A model generated the notes under the pieces. The model was not told where the DNA came from, searched no databases, and saw only the letters and a list, made by a program, of their open reading frames with translations. From positions 2,022-66,021 of the forward strand of contig CAYOOO010000002.1 of the NCBI GenBank assembly GCA_964405655.1: 64,000 bases of DNA. The letters run 5' to 3'. The DNA comes from an uncultured Gammaproteobacteria bacterium. Its GTDB lineage: Bacteria; Patescibacteriota; Microgenomatia; Daviesbacterales; UBA10151. The translations under genes and the position numbers were made by a program. Shown here one piece after another: positions 38,023 through 46,953 of the stretch. The stretch's first letter is position 1, and every line of letters begins with the position of its first letter.

Positions 38023-38847
38023 TTATTTTCCCAAACAAGCATGACAGATTGAGAACATCCCTTCTGTATTATTCAGTCTTCGTCTTTCTCTAAATTCCCA
38101 AAATTCTCTTTGATTCCAAATATCCATAATATTTTCTTGCCCAATGTTGCCCCATACTTCTTCAGCACTATGATCTTGGATGCAAGTTACCACATCACCT
38201 TTAGGGTTGATTACTAGAGTACTTTGACTCCATGAATAATTAGGACACCTCTGTGGAAACCAAATCCTTTCTAAAGGTATATTAGACGCTCTATTATATA
38301 GTTTATTTACTCTCATATCTTTAATTTCTAAACAAGCAATTCTTCTTTGAGCCTCACCTGACTCAATAAATTCTAAAACTTTGGGATTGACTGGATCATG
38401 TATACCCAAAACCACAGCCAATTGAAGATCAGTAACTCTATCAAGATGTTGTAGCAATAAATCTCCATTGGTATAAAGCATCAATCTGCAATCAGGAAGA
38501 GCCTTTCTAGCTTGTTCTAATCTAGGAAAAAGGACAGTCTCTGCTCTTAAAAGAGGTTCATTAAAATGAACTGGTTTTAAAGACCCAGAGAACTTAATAG
38601 CTTGTAGTCCTTCCAGCAAGCGTTCCCAAGATGCTTGAGGTAAAATATCTCCATTGGGACCATGTCTATCAGGATTTGAGAATACTGGACAATATGTGCA
38701 TCTACGATTACACCAGTCGTCAAACCCCACATCAATAGTTGTGAACATATCAGGAGATCTAACTCCCAGAGTAAGATTGCAAATTTTAGTGGCTTGGTAT
38801 CTAATCAAGGCAGGGATGCATTGATAAACCTCTTTAAAAGTGGACAT
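38023..38847 (-). CDS. Radical SAM / SPASM-like domain protein
   Basis: CNRRCTYC, NEPLL, YTNG, C-terminal GDVVTC...GNI...CHAC. Confidence 0.88.
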   Translation of the reverse strand: MSTFKEVYQCIPALIRYQATKICNLTLGVRSPDMFTTIDVGFDDWCNRRCTYCPVFSNPDRHGPNGDILPQASWERLLEGLQAIKFSGSLKPVHFNEPLLRAETVLFPRLEQARKALPDCRLMLYTNGDLLLQHLDRVTDLQLAVVLGIHDPVNPKVLEFIESGEAQRRIACLEIKDMRVNKLYNRASNIPLERIWFPQRCPNYSWSQSTLVINPKGDVVTCIQDHSAEEVWGNIGQENIMDIWNQREFWEFRERRRLNNTEGMFSICHACLGK

Positions 38848-38923
38848 ACAATTTATTCTGCCATATCTTTCTGCTAGATAATAGCAAAGTTAAGATCAGG
38901 AATCAATTCTATAGGATAACTTG

Positions 38924-38987
38924 CAGGCCTACCAGGATCTTTGCTTCGCAAAGCATAGTCGCTGACGCTTACCTATGAACGAACTGG
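38924..38987 (-). pseudogene. tRNA-Trp 3' remnant with 41-nt insert in the T-loop
   Basis: Sense: CCAG-TTCG[41 nt, two hairpins]ATC-CTGG-TAGGCCT-G. Confidence 0.6.
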
Positions 38988-38997
38988 AAAAGCAGTG

Positions 38998-39068
38998 CAG
39001 GCCCGGAAGGAGTCGAACCCTCATTATCAGTTTTGGAGACTGAAGTCCTGCCGTTGAACGACGGGCCT
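38998..39068 (-). tRNA. tRNA-Trp(CCA)
   Basis: AGGCCCG...TCAGT-CTCCAAA-ACTGA...GGTTCGACTCC...CGGGCCT-G. Confidence 0.95.
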
Positions 39069-39126
39069 AAGCTATATATGCGTAAGTATAATCTAAAAAT
39101 AACTAAGATTCTAGGGAAAAAGTGAA

Positions 39127-39657
39127 TTAAGCAGCCTCTATATCTCTAAGCCAATCTAATTTAGTGAGATCTGTTGTTTCATCAAATTCTGCAAAGACAG
39201 CTTCTTGTCTGGATCTTTGTTCAGCTGAAAGCTTAGATAGATCTATTGGGTTATAGGAGCCTACCAGAGTCACAGTTAACTTTATTTGGGCTTCACCTTT
39301 AAGTCCAGTGTGGAGTTTACCACCTCTTGCATCTGCAAAATCAGCTGCATCTTTGGTTGGAGCAGGAATATAAGCATCATAAGTTGTGGCAGCGCCACTC
39401 CTTCTTTTCGGTACAACTGAGATTAAGCTTATATCTGGTCCTAAACCTAAACTTTTTTTGACGTCATATTCTAAAAGAAGTCTTTCCCTTCCCTCGCGTC
39501 CCAACCTGAATTGGTCTTTAAAAGAGACTACTGCGCTGTTAGGTAAAAGAAATGTAGGAGTAGTTGGTTCAGGATAGCCTGTTGATTGAAAATAGCTATC
39601 AAAAGCTAATTGAGGAGGACGATAACCATCAGTTCTTTGTAACTCAGCAACTGCCAT
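39127..39657 (-). CDS. Hypothetical protein
   Basis: ORF; likely start MAVAE at 39657. Confidence 0.65.
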   Translation of the reverse strand: MAVAELQRTDGYRPPQLAFDSYFQSTGYPEPTTPTFLLPNSAVVSFKDQFRLGREGRERLLLEYDVKKSLGLGPDISLISVVPKRRSGAATTYDAYIPAPTKDAADFADARGGKLHTGLKGEAQIKLTVTLVGSYNPIDLSKLSAEQRSRQEAVFAEFDETTDLTKLDWLRDIEAA

Positions 39658-39794
39658 AGACAGCCTGTAATTTGCCTCTAATATAATTATGCTACTTGCT
39701 GTCAATAGCTACAACTTTAGAAGAAAGAATTACTTGAGTTTGAATTCAGTATGCTCGCGGACCTGCCTGCACTTTTTACAGTACTTTTTTAAGG

Positions 39795-40760
39795 TTATTT
39801 TTTCTTTTGTCTCAGTAGTATTTTTTTGGGTAATGTAATTACGACTTTTGCAGACCGAACATTCCAACCCAATAGCCATTCTGGCATTCTTTTTAGCCAT
39901 GGATGAGATTTTATCTTATAATAGAGTAAGTTTGCAAGGGTATAGAAGAAGAGAGCATAAATAGCTCCAATAATAACATCTATGACGTAATGTTCCCCTA
40001 GGTAAATAAGTGAGAGCCATACCCCTAGCACGTAAGGAGTAAAAATTAGCCCCTTTAGCTTGAAAAAACGCAAACAATAAAGAAGGACTAGTAAGGGGTA
40101 GGCTGCATGCATAGAAGGGATAGCAGCCACAGGATTGGGGTTAAACTTATGATAGATAGTAGGTAACTCAAACTTTGCTGGAAAAACCTTTAATGTTTCA
40201 TCTAGTATTTTATGAACGCCTGGTAAATAACCCTGCTCCTTAGCCAGCCAAGGTGGAGCAGCAGGATAAACTAAGTAACTTATCCAACCCGCATAAGATA
40301 AAAGCAGGATTGATAGAACAAAAACTCTGAAATAATTTTTGCTTATGATCCAAAGTAAAAAACCAAATCCTAAGGGTAGGGCAAAGTGCAGAAAATAAAA
40401 AATTGTGGCTAAGTAGTCATACCATCTAAGATTTCCTGCCTGGTAAAAGAAGTCTTGTAAGGCTACAGTTGGGACAAAAGTAAACAAAAACTTGTCTGCA
40501 TTAATCAGTTCTATGTAATGGACCCTTGAGGACAAATTGTCTGCAAAACCACGCAAAAAGTCATAAGAGATAAGTATAAACAAGAAGGGTATCCAATCTA
40601 AAACAAAACTCCGAGTTCTTCTTACCAGTAAACTTCCCAAAAGCAAAATAAAAGCATATCTGTCAGGAGCTATACCAATGCCTTGCCAGATCATTAAAGC
40701 AGTCATAACAATGATATAGACAAGAAAAAGCAGGATTAGCAGAAGATGATGTTTACTCAC
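39795..40760 (-). CDS. PAP2-superfamily (Aur1/inositol-phosphorylceramide-synthase-like) membrane protein
   Basis: YPAAPPW, AAIPSMHAA, YLGEHYVID. Confidence 0.88.
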   Translation of the reverse strand: MSKHHLLLILLFLVYIIVMTALMIWQGIGIAPDRYAFILLLGSLLVRRTRSFVLDWIPFLFILISYDFLRGFADNLSSRVHYIELINADKFLFTFVPTVALQDFFYQAGNLRWYDYLATIFYFLHFALPLGFGFLLWIISKNYFRVFVLSILLLSYAGWISYLVYPAAPPWLAKEQGYLPGVHKILDETLKVFPAKFELPTIYHKFNPNPVAAIPSMHAAYPLLVLLYCLRFFKLKGLIFTPYVLGVWLSLIYLGEHYVIDVIIGAIYALFFYTLANLLYYKIKSHPWLKRMPEWLLGWNVRSAKVVITLPKKILLRQKKK

Positions 40761-40767
40761 TAAAAAT

Positions 40768-41058
40768 TTAAACTAGAACTTCTATAGGTATAGGAGAGAC
40801 CTCTTTAGTGTTAGGTGATGGATGCTGTTTAAACTTGGCTCTAATTGCTTGTTGCATACTCTCTGACACATCAACGTAACAAATACCATTTGGCACTTGA
40901 TCGGGATAAAATGTTCCAAGAAATCTTGCTAATCTTCCTACCCCTTTTATTCTTGCACCGTGATCTACCCACGGTCTTCCTGCATAAAAAATATTCTCTT
41001 GTTGGCCAGGTACCCTGCCTACAAATACATCTTTTTCAGATATCTTATGTTCAGCCAT
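40768..41058 (-). CDS. Hypothetical protein
   Basis: ORF; likely start MAEHK. Confidence 0.55.
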   Translation of the reverse strand: MAEHKISEKDVFVGRVPGQQENIFYAGRPWVDHGARIKGVGRLARFLGTFYPDQVPNGICYVDVSESMQQAIRAKFKQHPSPNTKEVSPIPIEVLV

Positions 41059-41177
41059 CCTGATGATTAATTTATATGCTAATGGAATTTGAAAGTCAAT
41101 AGTCACCTATCTCACAAATAAGCCAATCTAAATAAGATATACCAGGTAAATCCTATATTTGGTACAATTCCAAGAAA

Positions 41178-41252
41178 GCCGATGTGGCTCAGTGGTAGAG
41201 CACGTTCTTGGTAAGAACGGGGTCACGGGTTCAATTCCCGTCATCGGCTCCA
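41178..41252 (+). tRNA. tRNA-Thr(GGU)
   Basis: GCCGATG...GTTC-TTGGTAA-GAAC...GGTTCAATTCC...CATCGGC-T-CCA. Confidence 0.96.
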
Positions 41253-41301
41253 ACTAAAACTTCTTATCTGAAAGACATTAAGAAAAATAAGATTAAATTT
41301 A

Positions 41302-42555
41302 ATGCCCGCTAAATTAAATATAGGATATCTCTCGTTTAGAATTGCTGGTACTGATGGGGTTTCTTTAGAAGCGCAGAGGTGGCGAACAATCCTGCAAAGA
41401 ATGGGCCACAAAGTGACCTTTATTGCAGGAGAGTTAGATCAATCAGGGTTGCTTATCCCGGAGCTTCACTTTACTCACCCTAAAGTCTACAAAATCCATG
41501 AGATGGTAATCTCAAATAATGTTAGTTACTTAAAGGTAGAAAAAGAGATCTTTTCACTGGCTGGTCAAATTGAGGGGCTTTTAAGGGAGTCCTTTAGGCG
41601 CTTTAAGTTTGACAGTTTAGTAGTCTCCAATATCTTTTCGTTACCTATCCATTTTCCTTTGGCAGTGGCTTTAGACAGAGTTATTGATGAGTTTAAAATT
41701 CCAACCATCTCCAGAAATCATGACTTTTGGTGGGAAAGGGAAAGATATTTGAAGTCTCATTGCTTTGAGTTTTTTATCAGATTTTTTCCTCCCAGAAGCC
41801 CATATATAAAACATGTCGCAATTAACTCTATTGCCCAGAGAGAACTTAAAAAAAGAACAGGAATAGGATCAACAGTTATACCAGATTGTTTTGATTTTAA
41901 AAGTAAATTAAACAAACTAGATTCTTTCTCAAAGCATTTTAAAAAGGACTTCAATATTAAAAGCAGTGATTTGATCTTCCTTCAGGCAACCAGAATAGTA
42001 GAGAGGAAAAATATCGAAGCCTCAATCGAGCTTATCAAAAGATTAAAAAATACTGGAATTGTTTTGGTTTTGGCAGGTTATGACGGGGATGAGTCAGGTG
42101 ATTATTTAAAAATGATTAAGAACCTTGCCAAGAAAGCTCAAATAGCAACGAAATTTATTGGATCAAGGATTAAATCAGAAAGGGGAATGAGTGAGGATGG
42201 AGCCCGCTTTTATACACTTTGGGATGCATTTATAAATTGTGATTTTGTCACCTACCCTTCAATCTTTGAAGGGTTTGGCAACCAGTTCATAGAAGCAGTT
42301 TATTTTAAAAAACCAATTCTGATAAATCGCTATAGTGTCTTTAAACAAGACTTGGAACCGTTGGGGTTTGATGTGGTTAAAATCAATAATGGACAAATAA
42401 CTGATCAGTCTGTAGAGGAGGTGAGAAAGTTATTACACAATCCCCAAAGGATAGAGGAGATGGTTAATAAGAATTTTAAAATTGGCAGCAAGTATTTCTC
42501 CTATAAAAGTATTACTAAAAAAATCGAGGATTTACAGAATAAGCTTTCAATATAA
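41302..42555 (+). CDS. GT4 glycosyltransferase, mannosylglucosylglycerate-synthase-like
   Basis: RIAGTDGVSLE, HDFWWER, QATRIVERKNIE, YPSIFEGFGN. Confidence 0.85.
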   Translation: MPAKLNIGYLSFRIAGTDGVSLEAQRWRTILQRMGHKVTFIAGELDQSGLLIPELHFTHPKVYKIHEMVISNNVSYLKVEKEIFSLAGQIEGLLRESFRRFKFDSLVVSNIFSLPIHFPLAVALDRVIDEFKIPTISRNHDFWWERERYLKSHCFEFFIRFFPPRSPYIKHVAINSIAQRELKKRTGIGSTVIPDCFDFKSKLNKLDSFSKHFKKDFNIKSSDLIFLQATRIVERKNIEASIELIKRLKNTGIVLVLAGYDGDESGDYLKMIKNLAKKAQIATKFIGSRIKSERGMSEDGARFYTLWDAFINCDFVTYPSIFEGFGNQFIEAVYFKKPILINRYSVFKQDLEPLGFDVVKINNGQITDQSVEEVRKLLHNPQRIEEMVNKNFKIGSKYFSYKSITKKIEDLQNKLSI

Positions 42556-42561
42556 TAAATA

Positions 42562-43173
42562 TTGACGCAATTTTTTAAAAGGTTTACAAATATTCCTGCA
42601 CCTATGCAAAATTTTCAGGTTGAAAAAGGTTTGGAACTAGCGATTAAACTTGGTTACCCCAGAGATATTTTAGACAAGATTCCAGTTGAGGCAATAGCCT
42701 CATTTTCTGGCGTTGGTTTTTACTTTGATCTACTAGACTTAAAGAAAGGGGAAAAAGTTCTCAGTTTAGGCGCTAATCCAGCTTTGGATTTGGCTGTTGC
42801 AAAACTCACGGTAGGAGAAAAGGGTAAGGTAGCAGAAACTGATTTAAGCAGTGGTAGTTTCTCCTTTGGGGCTGATAACTTCGATGCTGTAATTTCTAAT
42901 GGAGTGATTCACCTAAGCACAAACAAAAGAGTCCTCTTTAAGGAAGTATTTAGGGTTTTGAAGCCTGGTGGCAGGTTAGCTATTTCAGACCTAGTTACAG
43001 AATCTGATTTGTCTATTGTTATTCCAGACTTTGGTCAAATCACCAAAGAAGATGATCTTACAATCGCCATCGAGGAAGCAGGTTCTAAAATAGTTACAGT
43101 TCGAGAGAACCTTCAGTATTCAGCCCCATCCCCAGGAGTCAAAAGTGTCTCTTTACTTGCAAGTAAAACCTAA
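42562..43173 (+). CDS. ArsM-like SAM methyltransferase (degenerate)
   Basis: FDAVISNGVI, EVFRVLKPGGRLAISD; motif I altered to VLSLGANP. Confidence 0.7.
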   Translation: MTQFFKRFTNIPAPMQNFQVEKGLELAIKLGYPRDILDKIPVEAIASFSGVGFYFDLLDLKKGEKVLSLGANPALDLAVAKLTVGEKGKVAETDLSSGSFSFGADNFDAVISNGVIHLSTNKRVLFKEVFRVLKPGGRLAISDLVTESDLSIVIPDFGQITKEDDLTIAIEEAGSKIVTVRENLQYSAPSPGVKSVSLLASKT

Positions 43174-43200
43174 TTAAAATTAGCCACAATATTTTTCTCT

Positions 43201-45366
43201 ATGGCTATACCTGAGAATAATCAAGATTTGGCAGTCCGAAGAGCAATTGAAGAGATTGATTTAGATACTGGTTTTTTAAGACCAGGTCAAGTTGGAAGGA
43301 ATAATGATCTTTTGGGCTCTTTTAGAGATTTGCCAACTGTAGCAGAGCTTGCAAGGGATGTAAGAAGTGCCAGGTTAGCTGCAGCAAGATTAGTTAGGGT
43401 TCAACCAAAGAGCAGTGGTCAAAATCCTGACTCAGAATTTTCTCCGGCTGCTCCTGCAGCTTTTAAACCAATTGAAGATGCCACTAATGATGCATTAGAT
43501 GTTATCTCAGCAATCTATTTAAGGTTAAGTGATAGTAAGAGGAACAGATTTCAAGCCTTATGTTATCGTGAAAGAGATTTAAAGAACTTATCTAAGGCAG
43601 TTGCGGTCAGGATAAATAAAGACAGAGATATCCAGGATTCAGATAGCAGAAAAGAAGTTGACAGGCAGCGACTATTAATGGCTGGCACAATGTTTTTATT
43701 GATTGATACTATTGATCAACTGGCTGCCTTCAGTAAGGATCCTGCTGATTTAGAGGCTGTCAGGCAGGCAGCGACTACTGTCAAGATGGCTAATGCTAAC
43801 TGGCTATATGTTGCTCATCAAGGTTTAAGTCTAAGAGATTTTATTAATGAAAGCGTTGATTTTAGAGGAAGCCCTGCTAGGCAGCTGGGCTTTTTAGTTG
43901 ATCTTTTGACATTTTATGAAACGGGTTTAGAGACCCAGCTAATAGCGGAAAATCAGCATTATCCATTTACACTTTATCCTCCCTCAATAGAACTTAATGT
44001 AAATTTTGCCCATAATCTTGTTGGGGCAATGTTAAGATTTGCCTCTGATGAGCGGGGTTTCCCAACAGCTGGACTAAAAGGTTTAGAGCGAGAAGCAGGT
44101 GAGCGTGCCCGCAAATTAGTAGATAAGGTGATTAGATTCAGAAAAAGATTTGAAGCAGTGATATTTAATACCCGCCATCCTGATTATCCGAGCCTAAGGG
44201 CTAAGATGTTAGGCTACCTAAGTATGTCTGGAATGACTGCTTTTGCAGCACTTTTTACAGCTGGAGTATCTGAGGCTGGAACAGTTCTAGCTTTTTACAG
44301 AAGATCGAATACTCAGATTGAGGCGGGTTATGATCCAGAGTTTTACAGTAAGTTTGCAGAGAAGTTAGAGAGTTATGGTAGGGAGGTGGTTCCTGACTCA
44401 GAGGTCTTGACAGATGATAAGCTGGTTTTAATTTATCAAGATGACCCCTCTAGAGTGGAACCACCAAATGATATCTTATTACCTCAAATTGTCTTAGGAC
44501 TTAGGCGGGCCACCAGGGATAGGGAATTTATCATTACTGGGGAGGAGATAGACAGAATTACTCACCCAAACCTGGCAAGACCTACCAGGATTAGGTTTAA
44601 CCTAGATCCAACTAAATCAGAAGTCTTTGCTGTAGAGTTTATCTATCAAAGGGAAGGGAGTGGTGAAATTATCAAGCTTTACTGCAAATACGATATGAAT
44701 CAAGGAGTAATGAGATGGAATGTTCTAGGAGGAGTAGTAAGAGAACTTGGGGACTATAGAAGAAGATTTGCTTACTTTGCCACTGATGCTGTCATCTCTA
44801 TTGTTAATTACTTACAAGATAAATATGTTCCAGGCAAGCCTGAGACAGAGGTTGTTAGACAAGTAGAAACAGCTGCTCTATCTTTGGGAAAGAGACAAGT
44901 AGCTGCATTTAGATTGTCTGAAGACGCCAGGTCAAAAGAAAAAAAGCCAGGAGCAGCCAGATCTCAAGTCTTGACTCCTGTTCAACAGGTTTTAAATAAG
45001 GGTAGAAAAGCTGAATCTGAACAACCTGAAGGTCCAAGAAGGTTTCTGATAGATAGAAAAGGTTTCAAAAGAGATTTACAGGGTTATCCCCAACCAATTC
45101 AGGTGAGGATTAAGGAAACACTGAGAAGATATTTGGAAGAAGGGGTGGGAGAGGTTAGCTCTCTCAATACCAGAGACAACGGAAGAACGATTTTAAGTCT
45201 ACATATTAATGTCATAAATAGAAGGGGTTTGAGAGTAGCTTTGGAAGTTTTAACCAGACCGGGAGAGGTAGGTTTTAGATATATTTTGATGGCTCCTAGA
45301 GATGAGGTTTATAGAAGATTAGCAGCCTTGGGCCTGGCTATAAACTCATCCAAAATGTCCAGATAA
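43201..45366 (+). CDS. Large hypothetical protein with putative C-terminal RelE/ParE-like domain
   Basis: C-terminus FKRDLQGYPQPIQVRIKETL...GLRVAL...APRDEVYR. Confidence 0.6.
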   Translation: MAIPENNQDLAVRRAIEEIDLDTGFLRPGQVGRNNDLLGSFRDLPTVAELARDVRSARLAAARLVRVQPKSSGQNPDSEFSPAAPAAFKPIEDATNDALDVISAIYLRLSDSKRNRFQALCYRERDLKNLSKAVAVRINKDRDIQDSDSRKEVDRQRLLMAGTMFLLIDTIDQLAAFSKDPADLEAVRQAATTVKMANANWLYVAHQGLSLRDFINESVDFRGSPARQLGFLVDLLTFYETGLETQLIAENQHYPFTLYPPSIELNVNFAHNLVGAMLRFASDERGFPTAGLKGLEREAGERARKLVDKVIRFRKRFEAVIFNTRHPDYPSLRAKMLGYLSMSGMTAFAALFTAGVSEAGTVLAFYRRSNTQIEAGYDPEFYSKFAEKLESYGREVVPDSEVLTDDKLVLIYQDDPSRVEPPNDILLPQIVLGLRRATRDREFIITGEEIDRITHPNLARPTRIRFNLDPTKSEVFAVEFIYQREGSGEIIKLYCKYDMNQGVMRWNVLGGVVRELGDYRRRFAYFATDAVISIVNYLQDKYVPGKPETEVVRQVETAALSLGKRQVAAFRLSEDARSKEKKPGAARSQVLTPVQQVLNKGRKAESEQPEGPRRFLIDRKGFKRDLQGYPQPIQVRIKETLRRYLEEGVGEVSSLNTRDNGRTILSLHINVINRRGLRVALEVLTRPGEVGFRYILMAPRDEVYRRLAALGLAINSSKMSR

Positions 45367-45375
45367 TTTGTTTTG

Positions 45376-45427
45376 AGCCTCCTAACAGAAAATACGCCCC
45401 TCCGGCTTTGCCGGAGGCCGAACTGTT
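45376..45427 (-). pseudogene. tRNA-Thr 3' remnant with palindrome insert in the T-loop
   Basis: Sense: AACAG-TTCG[GCCTCCGGCAAAGCCGGAGGGGCGT]ATTTT-CTGTT-AGGAGGC-T. Confidence 0.65.
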
Positions 45428-45430
45428 GTG

Positions 45431-45502
45431 AGCCGGGACGGGGATTTGAACCCCGGACCCACGCTTTACAAAAGCGTTGCTCTACCACTGAGCTATCCCG
45501 GC
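45431..45502 (-). tRNA. tRNA-Thr(UGU)
   Basis: GCCGGGA...ACGCT-TTTGTAA-AGCGT...GGTTCAAATCC...TCCCGGC-T. Confidence 0.96.
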
Positions 45503-45534
45503 ACTTATCCCAGTAATTTTAAGTTAAAAAGCAT

Positions 45535-45560
45535 AAAAAATCCACCTTTGGCAAGGTGGA
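45535..45560 (-). terminator. Intrinsic terminator of the candidate ncRNA
   Basis: Sense TCCACCTTGCCAAAGGTGGA-TTTTTT. Confidence 0.75.
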
Positions 45561-45794
45561 TAATTGGACAGATAATTTCTGCCTACTTGGTCGTTTTTTG
45601 AGGTATTTCCCCCTAAATTATAGGTGGGGATTCAGTTTAGCAAACCTCAGTTTAACCAAAACTTAAATAATCCCCATATTAGGTGAAATCTCAGTGGAGG
45701 AAAATTCCCCCTCAAATTGTCAAACGTACCCAGTAGGCAAAGGTCGCCTTTTGGCGACTGGCTTTTGGCCATCTACTTTGTCCTTTTACAGGAC
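45541..45794 (-). ncRNA. Candidate structured ncRNA (6S-like rod architecture)
   Basis: No ORF; TTGACA/TGcTATAAT promoter at 45801-45831; nested long-range helices; own terminator. Confidence 0.55.
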
Positions 45795-45857
45795 TAATAA
45801 ATTATAGCATCTTATAAGGCTTGCCTGTCAAGTTAGAAATAGGTAAGAACACAGTTT

Positions 45858-46505
45858 TTAGAATCCCAACAGGGACTTTAATATAGAAGTTCCATTTAAT
45901 AGAATAAATCCCAACAAAGAAGAATTACCAATTGGAATAAACCAAAGCAAAAGAAGCAAAATAAAACCATATTGCTCAAGTTTCTGATATTCCCTGGCTA
46001 AGTTATAGGGAAGTTGAGATAGTAAAATCTTTGATCCATCAAGGGGTGGGATTGGTATTAGGTTAAAGACTGCTAAAAGTAAGTTGATATTGATCATAAA
46101 ATCTAAAAGTTCTAAAACAATAAATGGTAAGGAAAGACCTCTGAGAAGATGAAAAAGGAGTGCTGCAATGATAGCCAGTCCCAAATTTGATAAGATTCCA
46201 GCAGCAGAAACCAGCAGCTCACCTTTTCTTAAACTGGAAAAGTTAAGAGGATTAACAGGAACAGGTTTTGCCCAACCAAACAAGATTGGCGAGCCAGATA
46301 TAAAAAGCAGTGCTGGTAAAAGAATGGTACCGACAGGATCTATGTGGGGAATAGGATTTAGTGTTAGTCTGCCAGCTCTTTGAGCAGTATGGTCGCCAAA
46401 TTTTAGGGCTGCCAGGCCATGCATAACTTCGTGAACAATCACTGAAAAGAGTAGGACAACAATCGATAAAGCTATTAGCGAGGGACCAAAGATCTCTAGG
46501 TTCAT
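45858..46505 (-). CDS. Site-2 protease (peptidase M50)
   Basis: HEVMH, GWAKPVP, FNLIPIPPLDG. Confidence 0.95.
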   Translation of the reverse strand: MNLEIFGPSLIALSIVVLLFSVIVHEVMHGLAALKFGDHTAQRAGRLTLNPIPHIDPVGTILLPALLFISGSPILFGWAKPVPVNPLNFSSLRKGELLVSAAGILSNLGLAIIAALLFHLLRGLSLPFIVLELLDFMININLLLAVFNLIPIPPLDGSKILLSQLPYNLAREYQKLEQYGFILLLLLWFIPIGNSSLLGFILLNGTSILKSLLGF

Positions 46506-46614
46506 TCTTCAGATTATATTTCAAAGTGGCAGTAGTTGACAATTGTCACATTAAATCATTGCTAATTATTTTGAGCTTGAATTAAGTTTTATTCCCTGTT
46601 AAAATCTACCAGTT

Positions 46615-46851
46615 ATGTTGATATGTTCTCGTTGTGGTAAAAAACCTAATAAGATTGCCTTTTCTAGACACCAGAAAGGAAGTTCAGGCGCTTCTGAATG
46701 GCCTTTGCGGGCTCAAATTACCAAACACATCCAAAGACCAAACCTACACATTTTTAAAGGTCAAAAATATTGCACCAAGTGTTTAAGGATTGTTAAAAAA
46801 GACTTTAATATTGCCATGAGCAAAGCTCCTGCTTCTTTACCTGTAACTTAA
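46615..46851 (+). CDS. rpmB: 50S ribosomal protein L28
   Basis: CSRCGK...QRPNLH...CTKCLR. Confidence 0.85.
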   Translation: MLICSRCGKKPNKIAFSRHQKGSSGASEWPLRAQITKHIQRPNLHIFKGQKYCTKCLRIVKKDFNIAMSKAPASLPVT

Positions 46852-46953
46852 ATACTCTAAGGTTTCAAATTATTGCTGCTTGGTAGTCTAATTGCAAAGC
46901 AATTACATCGCATTGCCTCTTGTAACGCGTTGCATTATAATCATGGGCTTAAG

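Noticed and set aside
32470-42555. GH1, GH15 and MggS-like GT4 as a novel sugar pathway
   Set aside because: Not contiguous, and each is a common family; no specific linking evidence
45680-45720. RNase P-like GAGGAAA motif on the plus strand
   Set aside because: Lacks GAGGAAAGUC and the 3' P4 partner; promoter and terminator indicate minus-strand transcription
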